From the IMG/VR virus record IMGVR_UViG_3300045988_148808, positions 1-48,242 of that record: 48,242 nucleotides of DNA; one strand, given 5' to 3'. A program made the translations under genes and the position numbers. Each line of letters begins with the position of its first letter. Within the stretch, counting starts at the first letter, position 1. The notes under the pieces are model-generated. The model saw only the letters and a program-made list of their open reading frames with translations. It was not told the origin of the DNA and ran no database searches. Shown piece by piece: positions 27,020-35,524 of the stretch. The DNA comes from a virus.

Positions 27020-27735
27020 CTGAAAAATACTACGGCAATGTTCAGCCGTCCGATGATGCTTCCGCCTATAACGAACTGGTGTTCCAGATCAACGCCATCA
27101 TGAAGCGGGTCAATACCTGCATGCCGGTTCAGGTAACGGCGGTAAAGGCAGGAGGACTAGGGCCGGTCGGGTTCGTGGATGTTCAGGTGATGGTGACGCA
27201 ACTGACCGGCAATAATACTGTAGTGGCTAATCCATCTATCCAGAATGTACCGTATTTCAGGGTTCAGGGCGGGAAAAATGCGGTCATCATCGATCCGCAG
27301 GGCGGAGATATCGGGGTTGCCTGTTTCTGTCAGAGGGATATCTCATCGGTCAAGAAGGTTCGGGCCGTTGCGCCACCGGGATCGCACCGGATGTTCTCGT
27401 TTTCGGACGCTGTTTATTTTGGAGGCACGCTGAATGGGACACCGGAGCAATATATCAAGTTTGACGGATCCGGAATTGCGGTTTATTCGCCGACCAAAAT
27501 CACCTGCACAGCTCCCGAAATCCTGATGGAAGCGGAGAATAGCATCACGATGGACACGCCGCTGGTGCAGATTACGGGGCAGATGGTTCAAACTGGTGCG
27601 AAAGGCTCTGGGGCGCAAACGTCCGGCGGCATTACAAACACCGGCGGCACGATTTCCAGTAATGGGGTGGTTCTCGAGACCCACGTGCACTCGGGTGTGA
27701 CCTCAGGAGGGGCGAATACCGGAACTCCGGTCTGA
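27016..27735 (+). CDS. baseplate spike / assembly protein V-like
   Basis: ...MPVQVTAVKAGG...VDVQVMV... OB-like N-domain and a G/T/S-rich C-terminal needle ...VLETHVHSGVTSGGANTGTPV. Confidence 0.7.
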   Translation: MTEKYYGNVQPSDDASAYNELVFQINAIMKRVNTCMPVQVTAVKAGGLGPVGFVDVQVMVTQLTGNNTVVANPSIQNVPYFRVQGGKNAVIIDPQGGDIGVACFCQRDISSVKKVRAVAPPGSHRMFSFSDAVYFGGTLNGTPEQYIKFDGSGIAVYSPTKITCTAPEILMEAENSITMDTPLVQITGQMVQTGAKGSGAQTSGGITNTGGTISSNGVVLETHVHSGVTSGGANTGTPV

Positions 27736-27736
27736 A

Positions 27737-28156
27737 TCATTTTATGGGCTGCCAATTCTTCGTACTTCTGTTTGCTTTCTTGTGAGCGAGGTCATTGCAG
27801 ACATAGAAGGAATTTGGAAGGTCGTTCTCGTTTGCATATTTGTATTTCCCAAAGTAAACATCATTCACGATTTTTTTCAGTTGTGCGTCTGAGAACGATA
27901 CATTGAATTTTGGATTCAGATTCTTTTTTATCGTTGCATTATGTTTCTTTTCGGCTTGTTTCAAATTGTTGAACGCTTCCTGCGGGGATTTCTTGAAGTA
28001 ATCTCTTGATTGGATTGCCTGATGCATATAATCGAAACCTTTCACGCATTTAATGAAAACTTCGTTATATACCTGGCTTTCTTTCCCGGAAAGAGACTGC
28101 CCTTGAGAGGAAAAAGAAGTAAGAAACATGAAAATGGCAAGAAAGTATTTTTTCAT
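27737..28156 (-). CDS. small secreted protein (signal peptide), A+T-rich insertion gene
   Basis: Likely start MKKYFLAIFMFLTSFSSQG. Opposite strand to all flanking tail genes. Confidence 0.55.
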   Translation of the reverse strand: MKKYFLAIFMFLTSFSSQGQSLSGKESQVYNEVFIKCVKGFDYMHQAIQSRDYFKKSPQEAFNNLKQAEKKHNATIKKNLNPKFNVSFSDAQLKKIVNDVYFGKYKYANENDLPNSFYVCNDLAHKKANRSTKNWQPIK

Positions 28157-28268
28157 AAAAGGCGCTTTCCGAAAAAGAACTGAACAAGGGCAAAAGGAAC
28201 ATGTGAAATATTCTAGCCCATAGAGATTTGTTGAGACTATCGCATTTTTTGGGAAACACTGCCACAAC

Positions 28269-28292
28269 AGCCCGGATCGCTCCGGGCTTTTT
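28269..28292 (+). terminator. hairpin + T5 terminator
   Basis: AGCCCGG-atcgct-CCGGGCT followed by TTTTT. Confidence 0.6.
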
Positions 28293-28304
28293 CGCAATTT
28301 GGAC

Positions 28305-28859
28305 ATGGAACCAATACGACAAGCATTCCTGATAGGGTATGCCTATGCGACGGGTGTTCGGTATGGACTGGGTTTGCGGTTGGCTCTGGATGGAGAATTC
28401 AGGGAAAGTGAGCATCCGAGAGACAAGGACGGGAAGTTTGCGAAAAATGGCGAATCAGGCGGGAAAGAAGATATATCCAGCTTGTTGAAACCGGAAATCA
28501 AAGGCGTCAGAGGAAAAGCTGCCATAGAAGCTATCCGTAAAGCAGGGAAAGGATACGTGAAAGGCGCGTTTTACCGGAACGATATCGGCGATATTGATCT
28601 GTTCTGGGGAAATGATGATATCGGGCTGAAACATATTTTGCTGAGACGTCAGGCGCAGGGCGTGAATATGGGAAAGTTCCTGAATGATCTAACCGTGACC
28701 ATAGAAAACGGCAAATTAAGGGTGAACAGTGGCGGGAATTTCGAGATATGGAATGACGGTAACCTTGCTGTTGTTTACCCGTCATTTAAGGGGAACAAAC
28801 TGAATTTTGTCTGTACGGCATTTCGACAAAAAAAGCCTTCCTGGATAAAGAAGGCTTGA
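28305..28859 (+). CDS. EHPRD-motif protein with a putative PBECR-type (polyvalent-protein) nuclease-like domain
   Basis: ...FRESEHPRDKDGKFAKNG... then ...AFYRNDIGDIDLFWGNDDIGLKHILLRR...KLNFVCTAF. Assigned from memory of polyvalent-protein modules. Confidence 0.45.
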   Translation: MEPIRQAFLIGYAYATGVRYGLGLRLALDGEFRESEHPRDKDGKFAKNGESGGKEDISSLLKPEIKGVRGKAAIEAIRKAGKGYVKGAFYRNDIGDIDLFWGNDDIGLKHILLRRQAQGVNMGKFLNDLTVTIENGKLRVNSGGNFEIWNDGNLAVVYPSFKGNKLNFVCTAFRQKKPSWIKKA

Positions 28860-28996
28860 TGTGTTCTGGATGGCCGCCACTCCTTTCGGTCCCCATCATT
28901 TACCGCATGCCCGCATAAGCAGGCCGGTTGCACAGCGAAGGCGGAATGTAATTTCTGTTGTCAGAACACACGTTCATTATAACCAAAAAATTCTTT

Positions 28997-29353
28997 ATGA
29001 ATACCATGTTTTTAAATCCGGATACATGGGATTTGGTCGTGGACGATTATGGAAATATCGCCATGGCAGAAAGTCCCTATGCTATTGCGCAGGATGTTGC
29101 ATCAGCCTGCCGTCTCTGGCTTGGCGAAGCCCGATACGACACGACACGCGGCATCCCATATGAAACGTCTTTGCTGGGAGAATTGCCGCCACAATCCCTG
29201 ATCGCATCATGGTTCGAGACGGAAGCGGAGACGGTCCCTGAAGTTGAATCCGCACAAGTCGTTCTGTCTTTTGACCAGACAACCCGACAGATGTCAGGGC
29301 AGATACAAATCACTCAGACATCCAGCGAAACCACCACTCTGAATCTTTCCTGA
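28997..29353 (+). CDS. baseplate wedge protein (GpW/gp25-like or DUF2634-like)
   Basis: ...DDYGNIAMAESPYAIAQDVASACRLWLGEARYDTTRGIPY... lies directly before the Baseplate_J gene. Start ATG 28997 chosen over TTG 28958. Confidence 0.6.
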   Translation: MNTMFLNPDTWDLVVDDYGNIAMAESPYAIAQDVASACRLWLGEARYDTTRGIPYETSLLGELPPQSLIASWFETEAETVPEVESAQVVLSFDQTTRQMSGQIQITQTSSETTTLNLS

Positions 29354-29355
29354 TT

Positions 29356-30576
29356 ATGGCAGAAACCAATGTTCCATCCGTGGAAATCACGGATACGGGC
29401 GTTTTTGTGCCCGAAACATCCAAAGTACTGGCTGGCGTTTTACAAGACTATAACGCGGCTTTTGGCGGTAACCTGAACATTACCAGCGTTTCCACTCCAC
29501 AGGCTTATCTTGCAGGCGAGACGACAGTCAACATTACGAATGTCAACGCAGCGCTGGCTTATCTTTTCAACAATGTCGATCCAGCCTATGCATCCGGACG
29601 CTTTCAGGACGCCATCGCGAGGATATATTTCATCACACGCAAGGCTGCCACACATACGACGGTAACGGCACTATGTACCGGTTCTCCGGGCGTGATGCTT
29701 CCGGCGGGAAGTCAGGCGAAAGACGAAAACGGATACACGTATACATCTGCGGCCAGCGCCGTTTTCGATTCGACGGGGCAGGCCACAGTCATTTTCCGGT
29801 GCGATACCGCTGGTGCCATTGCGTGTCCAGCCGGAAGTTTGACACAGATTCTTGTTGCTGTTCCAGGGTGGGATGCGGTTACGAATGAAGCGGCTGGCAT
29901 TGCCGGAAATCCTGTCGAGAACAGGGAAGACTTTGAACGTCGCCGTTATGAATCAGTCGCTATCAATGCAACAGGAACGGTTTCTTCCATTCGTTCCGCC
30001 GTATTGGCGCTGGATAACGTAACAGATTGTTTTGCGGTGGACAATCCGAAAAATGAAACGGTTTCATATGGAGCAACCGGCTACGAACTGGCCCCGCACA
30101 GCGTCTATGTGGGCGTGGTAGGTGGAGATAATGAACAAATCGCGCAAACGATCTGGACAAAAAAAGACCTGGGATGCGATTACAACGGAAACACGAGCGT
30201 TGTTGTTTATGCTGATTCAGCTCTCGCGGCCCCTTATCCCCAGTACAACGTTGTTTTCAACAGGCCGACGGCAGTGCCGATCCTTTTTGCCGTCACGCTG
30301 AAAGCAAGCAATTCGTTGCAGGCCAATATCGAAGAATTGGTCAGGACAGCGATCATTTCTGCATTCAATGGCGAATTAAACGGTTTTACACGCGAACGAA
30401 TGGCGTCATATATCTTCGCGTCGCGCTATTACTCCGTTGTGTCAGCGATCAGCGAGTACGTCAATATCCTGTCTATCCTGATCGGAACGACAACAGCGGA
30501 CAGCAATTCCCTTGAAATGGGGATCGACCAATACCCGACCGTTTCCGCATCCGATATTGAGGTGACGCTGTCATGA
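29356..30576 (+). CDS. baseplate J-like protein
   Basis: 406 aa. ...FQDAIARIYFITRKAATHTTVTALCTG...PAGSQAK... matches the Baseplate_J pattern. Confidence 0.8.
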   Translation: MAETNVPSVEITDTGVFVPETSKVLAGVLQDYNAAFGGNLNITSVSTPQAYLAGETTVNITNVNAALAYLFNNVDPAYASGRFQDAIARIYFITRKAATHTTVTALCTGSPGVMLPAGSQAKDENGYTYTSAASAVFDSTGQATVIFRCDTAGAIACPAGSLTQILVAVPGWDAVTNEAAGIAGNPVENREDFERRRYESVAINATGTVSSIRSAVLALDNVTDCFAVDNPKNETVSYGATGYELAPHSVYVGVVGGDNEQIAQTIWTKKDLGCDYNGNTSVVVYADSALAAPYPQYNVVFNRPTAVPILFAVTLKASNSLQANIEELVRTAIISAFNGELNGFTRERMASYIFASRYYSVVSAISEYVNILSILIGTTTADSNSLEMGIDQYPTVSASDIEVTLS

Positions 30577-31196
30577 GGCAATATGGAAACAGTCCCACTA
30601 TCCAGCAGTTGGTCGCAAACCTGAAGTTGTATTTCGATTCGGAATCTGCCGTAAACGAGTTTTACGACAAGATATGGAACATCGAAACGGCAAACACTTT
30701 TGGATTAGACATCTGGGGAAATATCGTCGGAATCGGGCGCTACATCACAGCGGACAGCGCCAGCAAGTTTTTCGGATTCCAGACGACCAATGATTCGTTT
30801 GCACCTTTCGATCAGGCACCGTTTTATGACGGAAAACGCGCCACGACGACTTACCGGCTCGAGGATGAGGCGTACCGGAAGCTCATCATGGTAAAAGCCA
30901 TGGCGAACATAGTCCGGCCGAACGCCCCGACGATCAACAGGATGCTGCAATATCTGTTCGATGGAAAACGTTGCTATGTCCTCGATCTTGGTGGCATGGC
31001 CATGCGATACGTGTTTGCTTTCTATCTGCAACCTTACGAAAAAACAATCGTCTATTCTGACGTACTGCCGAGACCGGCGGGAGTCAGGGTAGAAATCGTC
31101 GAAATTCCCCAACCTAATATTTTCGGCTTTTCAGAAGCCGGATCCAAATCAGCACCTTTTAATCAAGGCACTTTTTACAATCCTGACTACTTCTAA
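30573..31196 (+). CDS. baseplate/tail protein (DUF2612-like)
   Basis: ...NIETANTFGLDIWGNIVGIGRY... recalls DUF2612. ATGA overlap with the J gene. Confidence 0.65.
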   Translation: MRQYGNSPTIQQLVANLKLYFDSESAVNEFYDKIWNIETANTFGLDIWGNIVGIGRYITADSASKFFGFQTTNDSFAPFDQAPFYDGKRATTTYRLEDEAYRKLIMVKAMANIVRPNAPTINRMLQYLFDGKRCYVLDLGGMAMRYVFAFYLQPYEKTIVYSDVLPRPAGVRVEIVEIPQPNIFGFSEAGSKSAPFNQGTFYNPDYF

Positions 31197-31202
31197 GTAA
31201 CC

Positions 31203-32330
31203 ATGAGCATAACGACACCTGTTCTCATTCCTGTCCCGTTTTGCAATTCAGGGAACAAGGCAACGATTCCGGTCAACACTCCAACATCGCCGGATGAAGC
31301 GAATTACGCATCATACGAAGCAGGATTTCCACCGATTACCATGATACCGACGGAAGCGAATGGCATTCCTCCGCGTGGTGTGGATTTCAACGGAATCCTG
31401 TATGTGATTTCGTCCAATATCCAGAACTGGAATGCCGGTGTACAGATGAAATTCAACAGTGATTTCTGTACGGCAATTGGGGGGTATCCTCGCGGGGCAG
31501 TTCTGCAGGCGAATGACAATAACGCTTCTTATGTGTCCGCCATCGATAACAATACCGGTGATTTCAACAGTAACCCCGAATTGATAGGAACGGATTGGCT
31601 GCTTTATGGCGGTGGCGGAAATTCGATACGTTTTGCTGTGGCCGGTGGAAGCAGTGACATCATTACAGTGACATACGAAAATCCTGTTACAGAACTGACT
31701 GACGGAATGATCGTTTGTTTCCAGGCAACCGCTGCAAATGCGACCACGACGCCATCGTTCAACCCGGACGGCTTTGGAGCGGTCACTATCGTGAAAGGGG
31801 CAAACCAGCCTCTGAGCGAAGGTGACATCAGTGGCGAAGGTTATCTTGCCATATTGCAATACAGCGCGACCTGGAACAAATGGGTGCTCCAAAACCCGGC
31901 CACCGGCATCAACATCGTCGTCCCGTCGGCCATGCCGGTCGGAGCGATCTATGTGCAATTCGCGGGTCAGACTGACCCGACCACACTTTTCGGCGGCACG
32001 TGGGAAAACGTGTCATATATCTATGCTGGTCTGTTTTTCCGTGCCGAGGGCGGCAATGCGGCTGCGTTCGGCTTTAACCAGAATGGCGGCGCACCGAATA
32101 TAGTGGGATTCATGGGTAACGTGCAGATGTCGAATTGGGCTTCAACTGGGGCTTTCTACGCAAATGGAGCCGACGGAAATGAATATAACTGGAATGAATT
32201 TAAGGCGGGCGGATCCGGACAGCGAGGAATCTTCATGTACTTTTCCGCTGCCAACTCTAACGGCGCCTATTCTGTGAACGAATTCCGCTCCGCCAACAGC
32301 ACCATCCGCATCTGGAAACGTACCGCATAA
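31203..32330 (+). CDS. tail fibre protein
   Basis: 375 aa after the baseplate genes. The N-terminus ...ATIPVNTPTSPDEANYASYEAGFPPITMIP...GIPPRGVDFNGILY is typical of fibre N-termini. Confidence 0.7.
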   Translation: MSITTPVLIPVPFCNSGNKATIPVNTPTSPDEANYASYEAGFPPITMIPTEANGIPPRGVDFNGILYVISSNIQNWNAGVQMKFNSDFCTAIGGYPRGAVLQANDNNASYVSAIDNNTGDFNSNPELIGTDWLLYGGGGNSIRFAVAGGSSDIITVTYENPVTELTDGMIVCFQATAANATTTPSFNPDGFGAVTIVKGANQPLSEGDISGEGYLAILQYSATWNKWVLQNPATGINIVVPSAMPVGAIYVQFAGQTDPTTLFGGTWENVSYIYAGLFFRAEGGNAAAFGFNQNGGAPNIVGFMGNVQMSNWASTGAFYANGADGNEYNWNEFKAGGSGQRGIFMYFSAANSNGAYSVNEFRSANSTIRIWKRTA

Positions 32331-32341
32331 AGGGTAAAGAC

Positions 32342-33076
32342 ATGGAATACATCATCATTGATAATGGAGTAATCACAAAACACGGTTGTGCACAAACCAA
32401 ACCCGAAAACGCTCTCGAAGTCCCGAGCGGATTTCCGGGGTATGTCGGATTACCGTTTGCATCTCTCAAGGACGATCTGACCGGCCTGAAACCGCTGTCC
32501 CAACAGGTAGCCGAAGGTATAGTGACTGTACCGGACGGCTACAAAATCAATGAGGCGGACAACGAATTTATCCGGATGGAGCAGTCGGAAATCGACACAA
32601 AATACCCACCCAAAACCTACGCCCTCGAGGGATCGTTTGAGGCCATCGAAATCAGAAAGACGTTTGATCGGGACGGGAATTTCGGATACTGGTCGCCAGA
32701 AAACACTGTGGAAATGTCTGGAGAACAACCCGGCCCGGCATACAAGGCCGTCTGCGGGCAATGGGTACTGGACGAAGACAAAGCGTCGGAAGTCGCCATG
32801 ACCGAAGCCAAAACGGAGCGAACCGAAGCGGTATCCCGCATCACCGTCGAAGTGGACGGGATGATATTTGACGGCGACGAGAAATCTCAAGATCGCATGT
32901 CAAGAGCGATTACCATGTTCACCAGTTCCGGATTACCAGCGGATACCACGACAGCGTGGGTACTGGCGGACAACACCGTCGCTCAGGTGACGATTGACCA
33001 GCTAACACAGGCGCTCCTGCTCGCCGGTCAGAAACAGACCGAACTTTGGACGCAACCATACGAGGACGCGGCATGA
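32342..33076 (+). CDS. DUF4376-like protein (tail-fibre assembly/accessory)
   Basis: C-terminal ...EAVSRITVEVDGMIFDGDEKSQDRMSRAI...WVLADNTVAQVTIDQLTQALLLAGQKQTELW recalls DUF4376. Confidence 0.6.
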   Translation: MEYIIIDNGVITKHGCAQTKPENALEVPSGFPGYVGLPFASLKDDLTGLKPLSQQVAEGIVTVPDGYKINEADNEFIRMEQSEIDTKYPPKTYALEGSFEAIEIRKTFDRDGNFGYWSPENTVEMSGEQPGPAYKAVCGQWVLDEDKASEVAMTEAKTERTEAVSRITVEVDGMIFDGDEKSQDRMSRAITMFTSSGLPADTTTAWVLADNTVAQVTIDQLTQALLLAGQKQTELWTQPYEDAA

Positions 33077-33657
33077 TCTGGCTGTTGTACCTACCACTGA
33101 CCGCAATCGTCTGTCTTCTCGCTTTTCCTCTCGCACCGATAATCGCCCTGTTCGCCGATGGACAGGGCGATGTCACATTGTCCACAAAAAACCCGCTGCG
33201 TCTCTGGCTCACGCCTGACAATCCGATCGAAGGGGACCGCGGACATATTGAGCGATGGGCTGGGTTTGTTGTCGCACATCACAAAATCGGCATGTATGTC
33301 CAGCGCGTTGCATGGCTCTGGCGTAACAAGGCATACGGATGGCGATGGACGGTGTTCAGCACGTTCGTGGCGGCGAACGATGAGCTATTGCAATACGGCG
33401 ACAGTGAGACGGACAACGACCCGTACCATCCGGGCGTTTGGTTTGCCACGACATCACGCAACCCCGTCAAGGCACGATGGATGTTGTATGTGATCTGGCC
33501 AACGTTTCCCGGCAGGTGCTTGCGTCTTTATCTGGGATGGAAATTGCAGAGTGCGTGCAAGTACCGCATTCAGCATGCCGGCAATCCGGAATTTGTCGTA
33601 TCTGACTATACGGCTATGTTCGTGTGTAGCGTTAATCCGTGGAAGGAAAGAGGATGA
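33073..33657 (+). CDS. membrane protein of a conserved phage family (function unknown)
   Basis: N-terminal TM MIWLLYLPLTAIVCLLAFPLAPIIALF; ...WLTPDNPIEGDRGH...VAWLWRNKAYGW motif. Confidence 0.55.
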   Translation: MIWLLYLPLTAIVCLLAFPLAPIIALFADGQGDVTLSTKNPLRLWLTPDNPIEGDRGHIERWAGFVVAHHKIGMYVQRVAWLWRNKAYGWRWTVFSTFVAANDELLQYGDSETDNDPYHPGVWFATTSRNPVKARWMLYVIWPTFPGRCLRLYLGWKLQSACKYRIQHAGNPEFVVSDYTAMFVCSVNPWKERG

Positions 33658-33926
33658 ATTACATAACGCCAGAGCTTCTTATCGGCATAATTTCCGGGCT
33701 TGTTGTCTGTGTTGCGACAATGTTCTGGTTTTTCTTCCGGCGCTTGTACAAGCTGATTGACGGGTTGCGTGGATGCGTTGATCGGATGAAAGACCGTCTG
33801 GAAGAACGCATCCGTACAAATGATGAACGTCACGACGACTTGCACAATAAATTCGACGCGCTCCAAAAAGAGCTGTACGAGCTGAAATGCTACGTCTATT
33901 CGCAGCACGGGGGTATAAATGAATAA
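33654..33926 (+). CDS. putative holin (single TMD plus coiled-coil tail)
   Basis: MNYITPELLIGIISGLVVCVATMFWFFF then a charged helix. Start/stop overlaps with both neighbours; sits directly upstream of the endolysin. Confidence 0.55.
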   Translation: MNYITPELLIGIISGLVVCVATMFWFFFRRLYKLIDGLRGCVDRMKDRLEERIRTNDERHDDLHNKFDALQKELYELKCYVYSQHGGINE

Positions 33927-34383
33927 GACGCGCATTACTGTGGCGGCGCTGGCTGTGTCGGCAGCCGCGCTTGTGGGTATCGCCACGCACGAAGGTTATC
34001 GCGGCGAAGCGTACAAGGATGCGACCGGTATTCCCACCATCGGCTACGGCGAAACCGCAGGCGTGAAGATGGGCGACAAGACCACACCGGAACGAGCGCT
34101 TGTGCAACTGCTGGAAAGTACGGAAAAACACGCCGACGCTATCCGAAGCTGTATCAAGGTGCCGCTGTATCAACATGAGTTCGATGCCTACGTCAGCCTA
34201 TCCTATCAGATAGGTGCTGGTGCTTTTTGCAGGTCAACACTAATCAAAAAGCTCAACAAAGGCGATTACACAGGGGCGTGTAACGAGCTTGATAAATGGG
34301 TATATGCTGGCGGCAAAAAACTTCCTGGAATTGTAAAAAGACGTCAAAAAGAAAAAGAAATGTGTCTCGGAATAAAAAAATAA
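33919..34383 (+). CDS. endolysin, GH24 lysozyme with an N-terminal SAR-like anchor
   Basis: ITVAALAVSAAALVGIATHEGYRGEAYKDATGIPTIGYGET is a T4-lysozyme-type catalytic motif behind a weakly hydrophobic N-terminus. Confidence 0.9.
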   Translation: MNKTRITVAALAVSAAALVGIATHEGYRGEAYKDATGIPTIGYGETAGVKMGDKTTPERALVQLLESTEKHADAIRSCIKVPLYQHEFDAYVSLSYQIGAGAFCRSTLIKKLNKGDYTGACNELDKWVYAGGKKLPGIVKRRQKEKEMCLGIKK

Positions 34384-34427
34384 TGTAATATTGTCGCGTT
34401 AGTCAGTTATAAAACATATGTGATTTT

Positions 34428-35111
34428 ATGCCAGTATGCAGATATTGTGGGACGAATTTTGAAGGTCCGTACAGAATGAAATATTGTTCTCTAAAATGTC
34501 GCATTTTAAGAAGAACACATGTCAAAGGAGAAAACGAATGTTGGGAGTGGAATGGCGGTAAAACAAAAGCAGGATATGGTGTGTTGAATATCTGTAACAA
34601 AATAGTATTAGCGCACAGAATATCATATGAGGCATTTTTCGGAGAAATACATGAAGGGATTTTTGTTTGTCATCGTTGCGACAACCCGTCATGCGTAAAC
34701 CCTAAACATCTATTTGTCGGAACGAACGCTGACAACATGCGCGATATGGCGGAGAAAGGCAGAGCGGCATGGAAAAATCGAGAAATGCCAAAAGAGGTAA
34801 GGGAAAAAATAGCGGCTACAAGAAAAGCGAGTGGATGGAAGCCTAGCAGAGAACAGATACAGGCATCTATTGAGGCACGGAGAAAGCTTTTATCAGACCC
34901 AGTTAAAAAGAACGAAATATATTCAAAAATTCGTGGTGAAAAGAACCCGAATTATGGGCCAATGACAGACGAGAAACGCGCAAGATACAAAAAATATTGG
35001 GAATCTCAAAAAGGAAAAAAGCGCGGTCCAATGAGTGAAGAAACAAAGCTAAAAATAAAAGCAGCTCATTTGCGAAGGTCAATATGTTCCGGAAAATTAC
35101 CAACAAATTAA
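34428..35111 (+). CDS. HNH homing endonuclease (HNH_3 with NUMOD-like repeats)
   Basis: ...ECWEWNGGKTKAGYGV...LAHRISYEAFFGEI...VCHRCDNPSCVNPKHLFVGTNADNMRD plus three G-x-K-x-S/T-EE/EQ repeats. Visibly A+T-rich. Confidence 0.9.
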   Translation: MPVCRYCGTNFEGPYRMKYCSLKCRILRRTHVKGENECWEWNGGKTKAGYGVLNICNKIVLAHRISYEAFFGEIHEGIFVCHRCDNPSCVNPKHLFVGTNADNMRDMAEKGRAAWKNREMPKEVREKIAATRKASGWKPSREQIQASIEARRKLLSDPVKKNEIYSKIRGEKNPNYGPMTDEKRARYKKYWESQKGKKRGPMSEETKLKIKAAHLRRSICSGKLPTN

Positions 35112-35225
35112 ACAAGCCGGCGCATGCGCGGAAATCAGGCGCTGGAACCGTGCAGGCGGCAAGGTATTGCCTGGACTGGTCAAGCGGCGTGAAGCGGAAT
35201 ACAAAATGTGCAAGGGGGAGTCTAA

Positions 35226-35420
35226 ATGACGAGAGACGAATTGCCGGAAGAAAAACGAACGCGCTGCGAAGTCTGGACGCGGGTGATGGGATACCACCGT
35301 CCGGTCCACAATTTCAACGCAGGTAAGCAGTCGGAGTTCCGTGAACGTAAATGTTTCAGGGAACCGGTAAGCGGGGGACAAATTGTCCCCGGGAACCGCT
35401 TACAGATTGTAAGCAGATGA
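35226..35420 (+). CDS. mini-ORF resembling the C-terminal glycyl-radical tail of NrdD
   Basis: GGGGGAG SD. ...CEVWTRVMGYHRPVHNFNAGKQSEFRERKCF compares with my recollection of E. coli NrdD ...RRVCGYLGSPDARPFNAGKQEEVKRRV. Confidence 0.6.
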   Translation: MTRDELPEEKRTRCEVWTRVMGYHRPVHNFNAGKQSEFRERKCFREPVSGGQIVPGNRLQIVSR

Positions 35421-35427
35421 ATTTGAT

Positions 35428-35452
35428 AACTATTCGGAAATTCCGAATAGTT
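35428..35452. repeat. 25-bp perfect palindrome (12-bp arms)
   Basis: AACTATTCGGAA-A-TTCCGAATAGTT. A third half-site TTCCGAATA lies at 35476-35484. TTGATAAC direct repeats flank it at 35423 and 35454. Confidence 0.9.
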
Positions 35453-35524
35453 GTTGATAACCAGTTATTTGGTTTTTCCGAATAACTAGTGATCCAAGAT
35501 TTTGGATCAAACTTGGAGCAAAGG

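Noticed and set aside
31203-33076. Tail-fibre diversification systems (DGR template/variable repeats, invertase with inverted repeats)
   Set aside because: No reverse transcriptase or recombinase gene, and no obvious repeat of the fibre 3' end, was seen anywhere in the window.
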